DNA of 64,000 bases, taken from positions 1,142 through 65,141 of the forward strand of contig LWCA01000060.1 in assembly GCA_001642005.1 (NCBI GenBank). The letters are read 5' to 3'. Shown here piece after piece: positions 1 to 18,562 of this stretch. Origin of the DNA: Intoshia linei. Its lineage: Eukaryota; Animalia; Orthonectida. The notes beneath the pieces were generated by a model. It did not search any database and was not told the DNA's origin. It saw only the letters and a program-made list of their open reading frames with translations. Each line of letters begins with the position of its first letter. The first letter of the stretch is position 1. The position numbers and the translations under genes are program-made.

Positions 1-262
1 CTAAGACTGGTTAGTTATTGAAATAAATGGTAACAAACACACCAATAAATATTGCGTAGCATATATATATATAATGGCTACCTGGTAAATATACGATATT
101 TTGTTACAAATACTTTATTTTAGTAAATTACATACAAATTGTACTTTATTTTGGTAACATGTACTTTATTATAAAAGTGAAAAATTTTTTAAATTTAAAT
201 TTAATCTCATAAAAAAATATTCTCTGGTGTGAACACCATATAATATTTCTAATTTTTTTGTA

Positions 263-714
263 CAGTCTAAGTCCTATTTAACGGAATTATTTTAAAAATT
301 AAAATTATTAAATATAGCTATGAAGGGACATATATTTCTTTATTGGAGATTGTGAATACTAAATAAATACATGTGAATGTTTATAATGAATTTAAATATT
401 ATTATATTATAAGTGGGGTAGAGAAGCTATTTTTAGATTTTTTTAATATCGCTCAATAAAATAAAATTTATAAAATGTCAATTCTAGACTAGAATTTCTA
501 GTTACTGAAATTTAAAAAATTGTTTACATTTAATATTTTTTATTTATAAATTTATCAGATTTTTGAAATATTGGACTATTTTGGTTTGCTTTTTTTTATT
601 TGAGATAATCTTATAAATAAATAAGAAGAAAACATATTTTGAGAGTAAAATTTTAGTTAACGGAATTTTTGGTTTGTCAAAATTTTGAAATTCCGTTAAA
701 TAGGACTTAGACTG
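263..714. mobile_element. pogo/Tigger-type MITE
   Basis: TIRs CAGTCTAAGTCCTATTTAACGGAATT / AATTCCGTTAAATAGGACTTAGACTG, TA on both sides, no ORF. Confidence 0.9.
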
Positions 715-1033
715 TAATATGGTTTGTAGGTATAATATGGTATATTAATACTTTAGTTTTAACTTGGGTCTGTAGTGGATAATATAATATTTCAAAAACT
801 AGATTTTTAATTTTTATACTGACACTCCAAAATCATCAAACTTACAATTCAATTTTTTATACTTGATATAATAAACCTCACCATAATTAACCAGCAAGGG
901 TGTCGCGGATAAAAAAGAAAAAAGGATGCAACAAACAAGGTTTTTTTTGAATTTATACCGAACAAAGAAGTTAAAGAAATATTTAGTTTCTAATTTTTAA
1001 AATTATTTTTTCACTTTTATAATAAAGTACGTA

Positions 1034-3682
1034 CAAATTATTCTGGATATTTTGACAAAAATAGTTGCAAAAACTGTTCAAATAATCGCGAAATAACTAT
1101 AACAAATATATAATTATTTGAATTTACAATTTTATTTTTTATATTTCCACAATTTAAATCTTAATATATAACGTAAAAATAATCGAGTTTTTCGATATAT
1201 AATATTTAAGCAAAATCCATACTTAGTAAATTTAAAAATAATAATGAATGATATCCACGAAAAACAGTATTAATAGCATACTTTAAAACTAAAATAACAT
1301 AACTGAAATCAAAGAGATAAAATGTACACTGTACTACACAGATTAGATAAAAATATTTATTTTTTACATAATTTATATCTAAAATTCACGAAGCAAGACT
1401 ATGTCATTTAAATTACAATTATTTAATTCTGCATAAGTGATGCATTTAGATAAGTATTGAATAGCTTCATCAACTTTTATTTCTTTGACTGTATCATTCA
1501 AAAGTGATTCTTCTTCGTCACTTGTTTCGTTTTGATTAACCATTTTCACAATATCATTGTCTGTATATGATTCATATTGAACAAGGTCTACATACCTACA
1601 NTAAAATAACATAACTGAAATCAAAGAGATAAAATGTACACTGTACTACACAAGTTAGATAAAAATATTTATTTTTGCATAATTTATATATAAATTCACG
1701 AAGCATGACTATGTCATTTAAATTACAATCATTTAATTCTGCATAAGTGAGGCATTTAGATAAGCATTGAATAGCTTCAACTTTTATTTCTTTGACCGTA
1801 TCATTCAAAATTAATTCTTCGTCACTTGTTTCGTTTTGATTAATTATTTTCACAATATCATTGTCTGTATATGATTCATATTGAACAAGGTCTACATACC
1901 TACATAATAATCATTAATTATATATAAGTGTTTCCTAAACTGCGGTCGTGACAAATAGGGTTATTAGGTCTTACTGTTTAAAAACCACTAATATATAATT
2001 CATCATACCTATTTTCGAATACAATGTTATTAATTTCGATTTCAAAATCTGGTAGTAATTACCTAGGTCCCAAGATTTTAATATAGATNTGTTTCGTTTT
2101 GATTAATTATTTTCACAATATCATTGTCTGTATATGATTCATATTGAACAAGGTCTACATACCTACATCATAATCATTAATTACATAATTTTGTGTATAA
2201 TTATATATAAGTGTTTCCTAAACCGCGGTCGTGACAAATTTTTAATCAAATAGGGTTATTAGGTCTTACTGTTTAAAAACCACTAATATATAATTCATCA
2301 TACCTATTTTCGAATATAATGCCATCAATTTCGATTTCAAAATCTGGTAGTAATTCTCTAGGTCCCAATATTTTAATATAGATGATGGCTTAATGTCGTT
2401 CCATGTACTATTTATTGTAAATGTGGCTTCCTTGAGAGTAAATTTGGTATCGTCAGAAATATATTTGTAAGTATTGTAATATAATTTGTTTGCATATTTG
2501 GATTTCAAGGAATATAGTATATGTTTATCCATGGGCTGTAGTACAGACGTTGTGTTTGGAGGTAAATACATAATTTTAATTAACCCGTCTTCAGTTTGTA
2601 ATGCATCATAGAATTGTGTGACGGTGCATTGTCAACACTTAATAAATCAGTTGAAGTTAGATTAGATTCTTTCGAAAATGTGTTAACGGTCACCACAAAA
2701 TCCTTAAAAAACCAATTTTTAAAAACATCAAGGGTCATTCATCTCTTAGTCGATGAATTATATTTAACAGGTAAGTCTACGTTTTTTAAACAACGAGGTT
2801 TTTTTGACTTTCCTAATATTAGTAATTTCAATTCATGTGAACCATCACTGTTACTACATGCCATCGCAGTCAATCGACTTTTGTCTGTTTTTGATCCTTT
2901 AACTTGCAATTCATTTGAATGTGATAACGTCGTCCGATTTAATTTTTTCCAAAAAATGTCGTTTCGTCAGCATTATATATTTGAGAATGGTTTAATTTCA
3001 TTTCAGTCATAATATGATTTAAATTCTGTTTAAAGTTTTGTATTCCACTAACATCAGCCGATAATGACTCGCCGGCGCAATGCCTCAAAATTATACCATG
3101 TCTTTTTTTGAAGTTATAGTCATCCTATGCTAGCACTAAACGACTGTGCTGGATAAAAAATATGAAAATATTTTGCCTTCTCAGTAATTATTAAATCATT
3201 AGTCGATAGAGATCGACATCTCCTCTTTATGAACCAATAGAATAAGGCTTCCTCCATCTTTGGAAAGCTACAGCTTATCAAGTTTTTACACGTTTTGGTT
3301 CGGCTATATAAGTATTTTAAGGAGTCATTCAATTTCATTCGATTTTTCTTAATATAATATATTATTCCTCTTGATACACCATATTGCAGTGATATTTGAA
3401 ATGGTTTCATTCCATTGTCGATTTGATTTAAGATTTCTATTTTTTGTGATACGTTTAAATGCATGTTAAGATATTAGTTAATAAATTATTTAAATTTAAA
3501 TATGGACGGAAATATAATTAACAATAATGATAACGATAACGCAATTTGCGCAAACAAAAAATAAAAACCATAACTTTACAGTACAAATTGAAAATTTTTC
3601 AAAAACTTAAAAAATGAAGTTCAGATTTTATCAAATAATCGCGAATAATTTGACATTTTGTCAAAATATTCAGAATAACCTG
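1034..3682 (-). mobile_element. Decayed Tigger/pogo transposon (HTH-psq, CENP-B HTH, DDE_1)
   Basis: Fragments LNVSQKIEIL..YGVSRG, FPKMEEALFYWF, YLPPNTTSVLQPMD; ~28-bp TIRs CAAATTATTCTGGATATTTTGACAAAA / TTTTGTCAAAATATTCAGAATAACCTG; TA at 1032-1033 and 3683-3684; stops and frameshifts. Confidence 0.9.
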
Positions 3683-5184
3683 TATTACTAAAATAAAGTA
3701 TATACTACCAAAATAAAGTATGAACTACTAAAATAAAGTATTTGCTACCAAAATAACGTAAATTAACTTTTAACTCTATATATAATAAATATATATACAT
3801 TAAAGTGATCACTGTTGCATATTTTTTTAAATGATCAAAAAGTATATTTCACTATCAGGGTTAGTGGTGATGGTCATCACTTTCCTAAAAAAATTATTCA
3901 AATTGGTTGAGTTTGGACCCGGCCACTCGACATCGAAATTTTTCCCTAAAAAGTTTAAATTAAACTTTATTTTCATAGTAAAATGGTATAAAAATCCCGG
4001 CACAATGACTAGATTTAGCTTTTGTAAAATTTTATATAAAAAAATAATCATATTGTCTAAGGATTAATTAACAATTACGAAAAGAAAATGTGATAAACAC
4101 CGAAACGTTTATATTAACATTTACATGTTAATTGAATTTTTTAATCATCGGCGATGTTACTCATCACACAGTTGTAATTCCATTTAATTTATAAATCAAC
4201 ATTAATTAAAATAAAACTACATGTATTTGTTATGATAACAAAAATATAGTTTTGTTTTTATCATTATAAAATATTGTAATATATGAAAAGTAATTTTATC
4301 TACGCCCATTTTCGTCGACCCTATGAAAATGAACCCATTTTGTCATACCTTAAAACAATAGACATGTCTTCCTGTACGCGTGATGAACGAGTATATTTTT
4401 ATTATATAATTGTAGGTTTATTTTATTTGCAAAAAAATAATCAGTTTTATTTAAACCACTTTAATTTTTGCGATCTGTTACATTTTTTACAACACCTCAT
4501 CAAATTATAAAAAAATCTGAGAAACTTAAAATTATTAAATTATTTTTTATTGTGTGAAAATGTTGAGTATTTTGCCCCTTTATTGTAAAAACTTGTGTAG
4601 CCCAAGTTATGTGTAATTCTTTTTTCACAGTATACAATGAACATTAAAAACCTGCTATTAACAGGTGATTATTTGTCTTTTTTAAATAATATTAATTGGA
4701 TTTTGTTTGTTTAGCAAATATTATAGTTTCTAAATTGTTAAAACCACAAAAAGTACCGTTTGAATTTTTGTTTGAATGCATTTTAAAAATTTCAAATGCA
4801 GTATTCTCTACTATTCTCCAATCTAATACATTAATATTTCCAAAATTTTTTTTTGAACAATCGTCCTTTATTACATTATTAAAAAAATGAAAATAATCGG
4901 TCAATTTTTATCATGTATGATTTACAATAGTGTTTATCAATCAATACGCTTAAAAGCTCATCCAAATCTAAATGAACTTAGGGAAAAATAATTCAAATTA
5001 TTCAGAAGGCCCCACCAAATCGTCAATAAGGCCTCTAACCTCCGTTTCCACGGTTTTGTATATACATGGTTTCTCTTGTATGTTAAAATTATGTCAAATC
5101 CCAACATTAACGAATCATAGAGAATACTGCGTTTAAATATAATTAATCAAAAAAGGAATTTTATATATGATTTTTTCATTTTAG

Positions 5185-8100
5185 GATAATGCCTACTTTG
5201 TTATGGCAGAAGCCGTGATTCAGTGTATAAATTATATTAAAAATAAACATCTAGTGGACCAATTAAATTGCATTTGCTTTAATAATCCTTCAAGAAGCAA
5301 TAGATTAAATTCTCCTGTCTCTCATGTACATAGTGCCAGTATCTCGACAAGTTCTATTGATTATAAAATCGGTGGACTGACATTTACAGAAACATATCCT
5401 AAACCCAAAAATAAAGAATGTTTAAATGCTATTGATCTAGCTATAAATTACCTACAAAATTATAATGATTTACCTTATGCTAATAAAATTGAATTCTATA
5501 GATTCGAAGAAAAAATTAATGTAATCATTTCATTCAAAACGAAATTCATTATCATAACTTATTAATTCATAAGTAATTAGTTTTTCTGGTCTGCCAAGTC
5601 AAGATCGATAATTATAATGTTTTGAAGAAATAAATCTATAAATAAACCCTTTACCATTAATACATTACGTTAACTAATAAAATTATGAAATTTTTATACC
5701 ATGTACGGCAGAGGTCGACAACCAGTGGACCGAGGGTCAAAAGTGGCCTACAGAATACTTTTGGTGGGGCTTTGAGTAAATATGTAAATTATTTATTTTT
5801 AAAATATTCAACTTTTAAACATCGTTTTAAACATTTTCTACTATAATTGGCTCATTATAATCATTTTAATTCTGAATTTTCAGATCGCCTGGATATTATT
5901 TTGTTGAATATACTATAACCGTTTCTCTTTAGTTAAAATTGAAATGTATTATGTGTAAATTTTCAAAAATACTGAAAAAATAAGGACCAGTAGAATTTTT
6001 TGATATAAAAAAGTGACCTATGAGATGCAAAAGGTTGCCAACCCTGATGTACGGTGACATGACTCAACTATTTTTTATTGATTATCTTACAAGTATATAG
6101 TACTTACACTACATCAATATTTTCAAGAATTAATTAATAAATAAATTCGCTTTGTAAGTGAAATTTTTATTTTTTTACATGTTAGTTTGGATAAAAAAGT
6201 TTGTCCTAGTCCATAATATGGACTCCATATCCATTACCAATAAAAAATTTTAACAATATCAATTGGAATAAAAGTTTAAATTTTATAGGCCACCAGTCCA
6301 ATGATTATAAATAGCGACAATGAGTCATTAACACATTTTCGAGAGGTTTATTATAATTTGTATTTTGTCTACAAATTTTTAGCAAAAAACTCGAGGAAAT
6401 TTGGAATGGGCACCTCAACGAGACCAGCTAATTTTTAGTGTCATGCATAAGAAAAAGTATGTATATTGAGTATTATTAATCATTATAATATTATATTAAC
6501 ATGTAAAATGAAATAAAGTCTTAAAAATGTATAATTTACTTGGAATCAAGGTTAACTGAATCATTCAACGTTTATTAAAAATATGTAATACAAATTAAAC
6601 TAAACTAGATAATGTATAAATATTACCTGTATGTAATTGCGCTATTTTGTTATCATTAAAATGTTTATTAGTTACTTATTTATTTTGTCAAAAAATTTAG
6701 GTTCAGGCTCAACTTGAGCGCAATTATATAAAATGAATCAGACAATTATCATTGATAACACTTATCTAATTGTTTTTTCAATTCAATTTAAGATTGGTTA
6801 TAATAACAAATATTATAAATGTGAGTTTAAAATTTAATTTTAGAGAATATTTAATGCACGAACGGTGCCCAGAATGTGGAATTGTCATGAAATTAGGTAT
6901 TTAATTAATATTTGTTGGTACTTTTATTATTAGCTTTATTGAAAAATTATCGGTATTGTAATTATTATGGAAAATTTTTTTGCAGAGCTTGCCATTTAAA
7001 CGATACCAGAACTATTCCTGGATATATATTAGCAAAATGGGATTTTACCAAAAGGACAGTATCTCACTGCGCTCAAAGATATCTTGACCAAATATATGAT
7101 GAACCGTTATTCTTGAGTGAAACATTAACGTCAAATAAGAAATTAAATTTGAATACTTTTCTTAAAGCAGATAATATCCGAAAATCTTTTGTTTTTACAG
7201 TTATGTACATTACTTCTTGCAAATCAGCTTCAAAGTAACTTATATACATTTAAATTTGATTATGAAATTATTTGTACATATTAATTATAATTTTTAGATT
7301 AGTAGACCAATTATCATCCATCCCTTTTCATTGGTACAACAATTTGGATTATTCTATCCATGATTTTATTATAGTATGTCTTTTACTTTATTTATATTGC
7401 AAGCGCAGGGCTTTTTTATCACACTTTTTTATTTTCATTTTATTTACATTTTTTTTTTTATATTTTAAATTAAATTGTATATAATGACGAGTGTTCTCTA
7501 AAATTCACCAGTAGTTCGCCAATCCTTTACATCGCCGTAAATTTTTGGAGAAATTTATTTTATTATGGACATTATTACCAATGCATGATTACCAAATTAT
7601 TTCTAATAAAAATGGTTAGTGTTATATATTTTCTTTAGATGTCGTTTTTTATGAGTGACAAAATTGGCGAACTACAGAGAGGATATTGTATTTACAAAAT
7701 AGTATTTTTTTTGTCTCGATGGAAAAAGTTTGGCGATTTTTGTATTGTAGATATCAGTATTTTAATATTTTAGATATATACTGGTGAATTTGTAAAAACT
7801 ATCAAAAAGCTGCTAAATGACTTTTTCAATCATATTCATTATTGCAATGTAAGTTTACATATGAATATATAATAGTTTTATATGATAGATCAGCTATTCT
7901 TAACGGTGTCCATGTGGACCCCAAGGGGTCCACATCACTTTTTTGGGGGTCCATGAAAATTATATACATTTATTACATATTATAGACATTGTCAGTAACA
8001 TAAAGTCGTTTTTAAAACATAAAGGCTTAGAAATATATAATATAAAACGTGAAAATCATGTAAAAGTAAATTCTTTGGTATTAAATTAAATTACTTACAA

Positions 8101-10748
8101 GTGTAAAAACTTATTGGGAAACCTCCATTGTTCTATTTTAGGAGCAGCGTTTTTATTTAATTATTTTATTAAAATGTATGACCGAGCCAAGTTTCTAATC
8201 ATAAAAAAAAGCTTTAAATTTCAAATTGAAAATGGGACAAAAAAATCAGTCAATATTCATGATTCTATGAAACGTCAACCAAGGAATGTAAAATATTAAT
8301 TCTTCACAGGGAAAATAGATAATATAGATATTTTATTGATCTGATAAAATATGTAGTAAACAATTAATAATGTACTGTAAACAATACCTGAAAAACATTT
8401 TGGGAACATTGACGGGTTAAAGGTTAATATTAATAATTCATCAAGTTTATCACCTCGCAAAAATAGAGTACTCAATGTCTATTGACCATCATTCGTTTTA
8501 CCCAAATGTAATGATTCATTAAAAATTTTCATTATTTTTAATTTTTTTGGGGTCCACAGCTAAAAAGAGTTGAGAATGCCTGTGATAGATCGATTACAAA
8601 CGTGTATGAATGACTAATACTAATATAATAATTTTAATATTTATGAATCATAATGTACAAGTAAGCCATATCATCAAACCACACGGGGTTTACTGATTTC
8701 ATTTACACAGGTCCGTGGAGAGCCAGATATAGGTCCCTATAAATTTTTTCGATAAAATAGTACCTCTATACCAAGGGTCTTCAACGGTGGGTGAATCGCC
8801 CCTTGGGCTATTTTTCTATTATATTACATATATAATCTAGTAAATACATAATCTAAAATTTTTTTATCAATAACAAATAATCTCTAAACAGACTTTATAA
8901 ATTATAAATTAGTCAAAATCTTATTATGAATTAATAAAATACAATTGTAATATACATTGTACAATAGTCACGTTATTAATTAATTGATATTTTATATTTA
9001 TAAATTAAGAGTATATTTAAAATAAAATTTTTTATATTGGTAATTATATATAAATAGAGAACATCTATATTACTAGCTTGGCTGTTTTGTAATACGTACA
9101 AAGAACACGTAGCTCTGCTGAGGGCGGACTAATCTAATTCTATGAAAAAAATAAATTCAATAATAAAATTCTTAATTAAAAATTCTACTCATTATTAACA
9201 ATTATTTAAATAAGTCATTTATAAACTTGAATTTCATCTTACCTTATAATTTAAAATGAATAATTCTAACTTCCTTTTATTTGGTTAGCATTTTTGAATA
9301 GAATTATAAAAACAAAAACAAACAATCCCAATTATTCAATTTATTAGAGATGATGAGTGTATATTATACACTGTATAATCTTAAAAATAAAGACAAAATA
9401 GTAAATCCTAAAAATTGTCAAAATAGCTTAAATTCGATAAAAAATAAAATTATAAATTAACCTATATATTCATTATCTTTTTTCAATGAGTAAAAAATAT
9501 TAATTTTGTATCAATAATTAACGGAAGCAGCAGTTTAAATACATATTTGGGATGAATTTTACCAACATTGCAAAGCATTGTAATAAATACAAAAATGATA
9601 ATAAACAAAGTTGTACTTTTAGTTTCTGTAGTTTAAAATATATTTCGTTAAATTTTTTGAAAATAAGTATTTGAGAATGTAATCTTTTTTTTTTTTAATT
9701 GTCGGACGGTTAATTATTTCACATTTTTTGTTTTACATAATTTGTTAATAAAATATATGAATACTAAAGTGCTTTTTTAATCGTGAAGGCGTGACTTATT
9801 CAGATTGAAATTTTTTGTGTGTGTTAACAGGTTACAACTATAACACCTGTATTTTTTTTAAATTATAGGGCTGTTTTTATTTAGAAAAAAGGTAATTTGG
9901 GGTTTTGGCCCTGAAGATATACTTTTTTTAATTCTCCTTTAAAAAAGACTTTGATTTCAAATTTGAGATTGCGTAATTTTTCAATGAAACATTACAATTA
10001 TAATTTGTAAATTTAATTGCAAATACAATTATTAAACATTTTTTAATTTAACTATAGGTTTGCATTATGAAAGGTTTCATATGTGAAATTTGCGAAAATC
10101 AAAAGGACATAATTTTTCCATTTCAGATAAGTTTGGTTTACACTTGTAAAGGTAGCTTTTTTAAATAATAAAAATTATTAATAGTCAATGAACAGGGCTA
10201 ACACCAGCATTACCTGGTACCTGTAAAGTGAAGACGCGTTTTAGAAAGTATTATTGATACTTTGCGGCGCGAGTAGAGTTGTCAAACCGGTTTTTCCGGT
10301 AAATGTTTTAATAAACAGAAAAATTAATTAATTCATATTTTAAAACTATTATAATTATCGGTTGCCCAATTTAGTAGGAATGCTTGTACTCTTTTGGAAA
10401 GTGACGGAGTAATGACTTACATGTTGAAAAAATTAATACTAGATTAAGTTCTTTCTCAATAGGAAAGAGACTCAATCCTGAAATGATTATGCACTGGTTT
10501 TTTAATTAATCTTGAGAATTTTTTATTTTTATACGATGGGTTCACTATTCATTTGTCGACTACTTACAACAGTTTTCATCTACATTTAATTAAAATTTTC
10601 GTTATTATGAGTGATTCCGATTTACATTTAATTTAAACGTGTTAATAATCTAATTTATATACTTACCTATTTAGTTTGTCAATGCTGTTATCACAAAAAA
10701 TGTTATAAGGGTGATTGTTTGAAATGTAACAGAAAAAAAGAACGGTAA
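5185..10748 (+). CDS. Rubicon/RUBCNL-family protein (Rubicon-homology zinc domain), multi-exon; 5' exons uncertain, possibly from ATG 4283
   Basis: DNAYFVMAEAVIQCI (cf. Rubicon ENAHFSISESLI), CPECG..RYCNYYGKFFCRACH..IPGYILAKWDF, KGFICEIC..IIFPFQ, last exon CQCCYHKKC..CLKCNRKKER*. Confidence 0.8.
5709..6046. mobile_element. hAT (Buster/Charlie-type) MITE
   Basis: Ends CAGAGGTCGACAACC / GGTTGCCAACCCTG, exact 8-bp TSD ATGTACGG; inverted relative at 53709-53983. Confidence 0.9.
7891..8582. mobile_element. hAT MITE
   Basis: CAGCTATTCTTAAC..TTGAGAATGCCTG, exact TSD TGATAGAT; inverted truncated copy at ~18563-19130. Confidence 0.9.
9073..9960 (-). mobile_element. Non-autonomous Helitron-like copy
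   Basis: CTAG 3' end at 9073-9076 with subterminal hairpin; internal blocks shared with 45000-46640, 49270-49770 and 63243-64000. Confidence 0.7.
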
Positions 10749-10766
10749 TTACTGATTATACACAAA

Positions 10767-11286
10767 CTAGGTTGACTTTTATGTACTACTTACAAAAATC
10801 ACCTAACTTTGCCGAGGGCACATTTTTATTTTACCAAAAAAATAAATTCATGTTGAAAATCTAACTTAAAAATCATACTATTCACTATTATCAATCCTTT
10901 AAAGGAGTGGTTCCCAAACTTGTTTCAGGTGGAACCATATCACATTACTTTTTACTTTAAAGTGAATTATTCCATCTTAATTTTTTGTTTGTTAAGAATT
11001 GCGTAAAAAATTTTAAAAACAATTGTTATCCCATTATTTTAATTGATTTTAAAATCTGTATCAGAGTATATATTTTATTTAATTCTCCAACTCGTTTGAT
11101 TTTCAAAAAAAAGGACAATTGGGGTTTTTGACCCGTAGGATGTGAGTTTGAAATTTATTTTGCTAACATCCCCGGAAAAGACTGTAATTGAAATGTGGAC
11201 TTTATAAAATTCTAAGACTGGTAGTTATTGAAATAAACGTGAACACACAGACGCACAAACAAATATTGCGTAGCATATTATATAAG
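10767..11286 (-). mobile_element. Non-autonomous Helitron-like copy
   Basis: CTAG at 10767-10770 plus hairpin; far end ..AAATATTGCGTAGCATAT also seen at 1-70. Confidence 0.75.
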
Positions 11287-11534
11287 TAAAGATTTTTTTG
11301 AAATCCCAAGACTGGCGACTTGTTGAGATATTACTGTAATAGTTTATATTATACTTTTGAAAATGACTGCGAAATCAGCGTGTTTTGATTTTAATTTGAT
11401 TTAGACAAATTTCTAATGAAATAAAAGAAACACAAAAGAAAAAATAAAATACTGGTCTCAAAAATTTTAATTTTTGTATGTAAAATAAATTTTTTAATAT
11501 AAACTGCTATTTATTTCCACTTAAATTTTAAAAA

Positions 11535-15517
<3,983 letters not shown>

Positions 15518-16006
15518 ATAAATCCACCTTATTTGTAATTTGTAATATAATAAATGTAATACTTTATGCAACAGTTTTGGTATATGAATTTAAAATTATT
15601 ATACAACTTAATTTGTTTGTTTGAAGTTAGATAAAACGAAAAATCAATAATATTGTTCACAGTTGATTTATTTGCGATTAATAAACCTAAATATATATAA
15701 ATTTTAACAGTTGTGTATAATACAAATTTAAATTTGAAACGATAACAATTACATTACGATATGTTCGAAACCATACAGTACAAATTACCATGCATTGTGA
15801 TGGTACAATTATAATGATAAGCAATTTTAGCTCAGTGATTGTGTCTCAAATTCAGAGACGGAACAAATAAAAATGAATTAAAATCTACGTTGCCATAAAT
15901 AATACTGTAGTTATAATAATCGTCATAGATATCACCACGGAACTATTTGTTTATCGATTATTTCAAACTCTATTATCGTAATTTTAAATCAAATAAAATA
16001 TTGGAA

Positions 16007-17819
16007 ATGACTACTATATTTGCTGGAATGGATGCTGAAATTTATCAAAAGTTGATGGACTTGTCTGCAAAGGGTATGTATGTAAAATACAGTAATCTAA
16101 CACATTTAGGAAATTTTGACGTAACTACTATAGGAGATAAACTATCTAATAGAATTATGGCCCTACCAAAAGCATTAGCATTGGAAATGTTAGATATGGC
16201 ATCTCAAGAGATTGAAACTACAAACGTAGATAAAATTTCATTTTTAATGGGAGTTATTATGGCTTTTGAAACAAAGCATAAAGATACAAAAGATGTCAAG
16301 TCTGACGCGGACTTGAAGGAAGAGACAAACGGCAATACTGAACAAATTGAAACAGAGTATGATAAAATTGACTTTTCTAAAAGAGTAGGTTACGATGCTG
16401 ACAGAATTCAGGTATTTAAATTAAATAAATGTGTGTAAACATGACATAGGCTTTCTTAAACATTACTGGATATTCGCTTGAGATTACACCTGGCCAACGA
16501 AGATATGGACCACCCCCAGATTGGCAAGGTGAAGATCCACCTCAAAAAAACGAAGTAATTTTTTGTTGATTCAGTGGATAATTTGTTTTAGATATTTTGT
16601 GGCGGGTTACCCAAAAATTACTACGAAGACGCACTTGTACCAGCATTTTCTAGATTCGGAAAAATTTTCGAATTGAGAGTCATGATGGACCCACAAAATA
16701 ATGTTGGAAAAGGATTTTGTTTTGTGACATATTGCGAATCGGCTAATGCTGACAGGGTTATAAAAGAGTTAAATAACAGTGAATTGATACCCGGGAAAAA
16801 GGTTAATGTCGATAGGCCGGATTGTAACACTCGACTGTTTTTGGGAAACATTCCCCGAAGTGTAACAAAAGAAAAAATTAAAGCTGATTTGTCATCTCAA
16901 GTTGAAGGCATTGATGACGTTTTAATTTATGCAGATGCAAAGGATCCCACAAAGAAAAAAAATCGTGGGTTTTGCTTTGTTGATTTTAAAACTCACAAAT
17001 TGGCTACTGTTGCTAAGAGAAAACTTAGTTTTGGTGGGCTTACCCTTTGGAATTGCAGCGTTGTTGTGAATTGGGCTGATAAACAAGAAGAATACGAGGA
17101 TAAAGAATGTGAAAAAGTTAAAGTAGCTTTTATCAAAAATATTGCCCCCGGGACAGAAAAAGAAGACATTGAATCAGTGTTTGGTGTTTATGGTAAAATT
17201 GAAAATATTCGATTTACTAAAGATTATTGTTTTGTTCATTTCGAAGATCGAAGCGAAATGATGAAGGCCATCGAAAATTTAAATGGAAAGGTTGTTGTAA
17301 TTTAAAATGCATATAATCAAATTTTAGACCATTAAGGAAAGTGTAGTGGAGGTTACTGTTGCCAACCCTTATAACGCTGAAAAGGCTAAACAAAAGTAAA
17401 TATAATGTTTTTTGTTTTTAAATACAAAATTTTAGACGAATGTCTCGAGAAAAGGAAATTCGAAATGCAAACGGTAGATTTGAAAATTATGACTACAATT
17501 ATAGTAACCAATACGACAATAATCATTCAGCATACGATTTCCATCGTCAAGACTACTCCATGGATTCAGTAATATATTTTTAAAACATAATCAACCTCTT
17601 TAGTATTCCAGACCACAAAGACCTTCATTTGGTCGTGGTGTAATGGGACATGCAAGACAAAGAGCACCGGCTCCACACTATAATAGAAGAACAAGTGGAG
17701 GTCCTCCTCTTTTGAGAGGTTACCAAGGTTCTACACCAAATAAACGTAGAATGACGATGAACCCTCAACAGTATAACCCCGGTAGTTATAACAATTGGAA
17801 TAATGATGCGCAATACTAA
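16007..17819 (+). CDS. hnRNP R/Q (SYNCRIP-like), three RRMs
   Basis: TGYSLEITPGQRRYGPPPDW, KGFCFVTY, NTRLFLGNIP, KKKNRGFCFVDF, VVNWAD, KDYCFVHFEDR. Confidence 0.93.
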
Positions 17820-18562
17820 ATTGCATTTTTTGAGATTTTTTATGTAAATTTTATTTTATTTCGTAGAATCCAAAAAATAAACGTTAATTTTAATTTTTAA
17901 AACAATTTTTAGTTTTTCATATCCTCAAATTTTTTGTTAATGAGACCAGAACCATTAATGCGCTAGTTTAGATATAGCTTTAGGAATCATCGATTTCTGA
18001 ATGGATTGTGCTTGCCATATGGTAATTTCATACAATATGACAGTACTTTGCCATAAAATTTTTCAATCCCATTCATTTTCTTTTCCTGTTGTTTTCTATT
18101 TCTTTTTAAATAAATTTTTATTTTCAGTCATTTCTTTTTATATTATCAAAATTCTGGATACTTTTTTGCTGTAATTTGTATTATTTTGGTAATTTTATTA
18201 AATTTATACTACAAAAATTTTATATAAATCTTTGTCCTGGCAATATTTAATCAATATTTGCTTAATTTTATCATAGAGTGGTCAAGATTCAAGGCAAGGT
18301 GGAAAAATGAATTAATTGTCATTCTAAATAAAATATTATTTATCAATTCAGTTTGTAAATTGAATATTGGGTAGAGTTCGATGTTAATCGATTTATTGTA
18401 ACGGGTATAACCCAACCAATTATTTTTCGGTGTTCCACAGGTTTAACGAAAAATTATAAAATATCCTTAGAAATTAATAAAATCTTTAATTAATTGAATA
18501 TATACTATTATGTAAATTTTGACTGTCGTTATCTACCGGTCTTATGGAAATGATCCGATGAT

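Larger units (their letters stand above)
83..3765. mobile_element. Foldback-like element with internally repetitive inverted arms, hosting two later insertions
   Basis: Left arm ~83-195 (TACTTTATTTT(A/G)GTAA subrepeats) is the reverse complement of ~995-1031 joined to 3685-3765; the right arm is split by the Tigger element. Confidence 0.6.

Noticed and set aside
1285-2360. Tandem ~260-315 bp duplications inside the Tigger element (ORFs 1379-1624, 1596-1853)
   Set aside because: Each junction coincides with a single N (1601, 2089); most likely an assembly or haplotype-join artefact
2614-3012. 132-aa plus-strand ORF, and similar shadow ORFs at 37856, 43267, 50505 and 59248
   Set aside because: Antisense shadows of real minus-strand coding or transposase sequence
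3827-4067. Overlapping ORFs on both strands
   Set aside because: AT-rich, low-complexity translations with no recognisable motif
10190-10310. Possible intronic snoRNA in a GC-richer patch
   Set aside because: No convincing C/D or H/ACA layout; adjacent sequence looks like hAT debris
15776-15908. Possible TA-flanked MITE (TACAGTA..TACTGTA)
   Set aside because: The inverted match is too short to support
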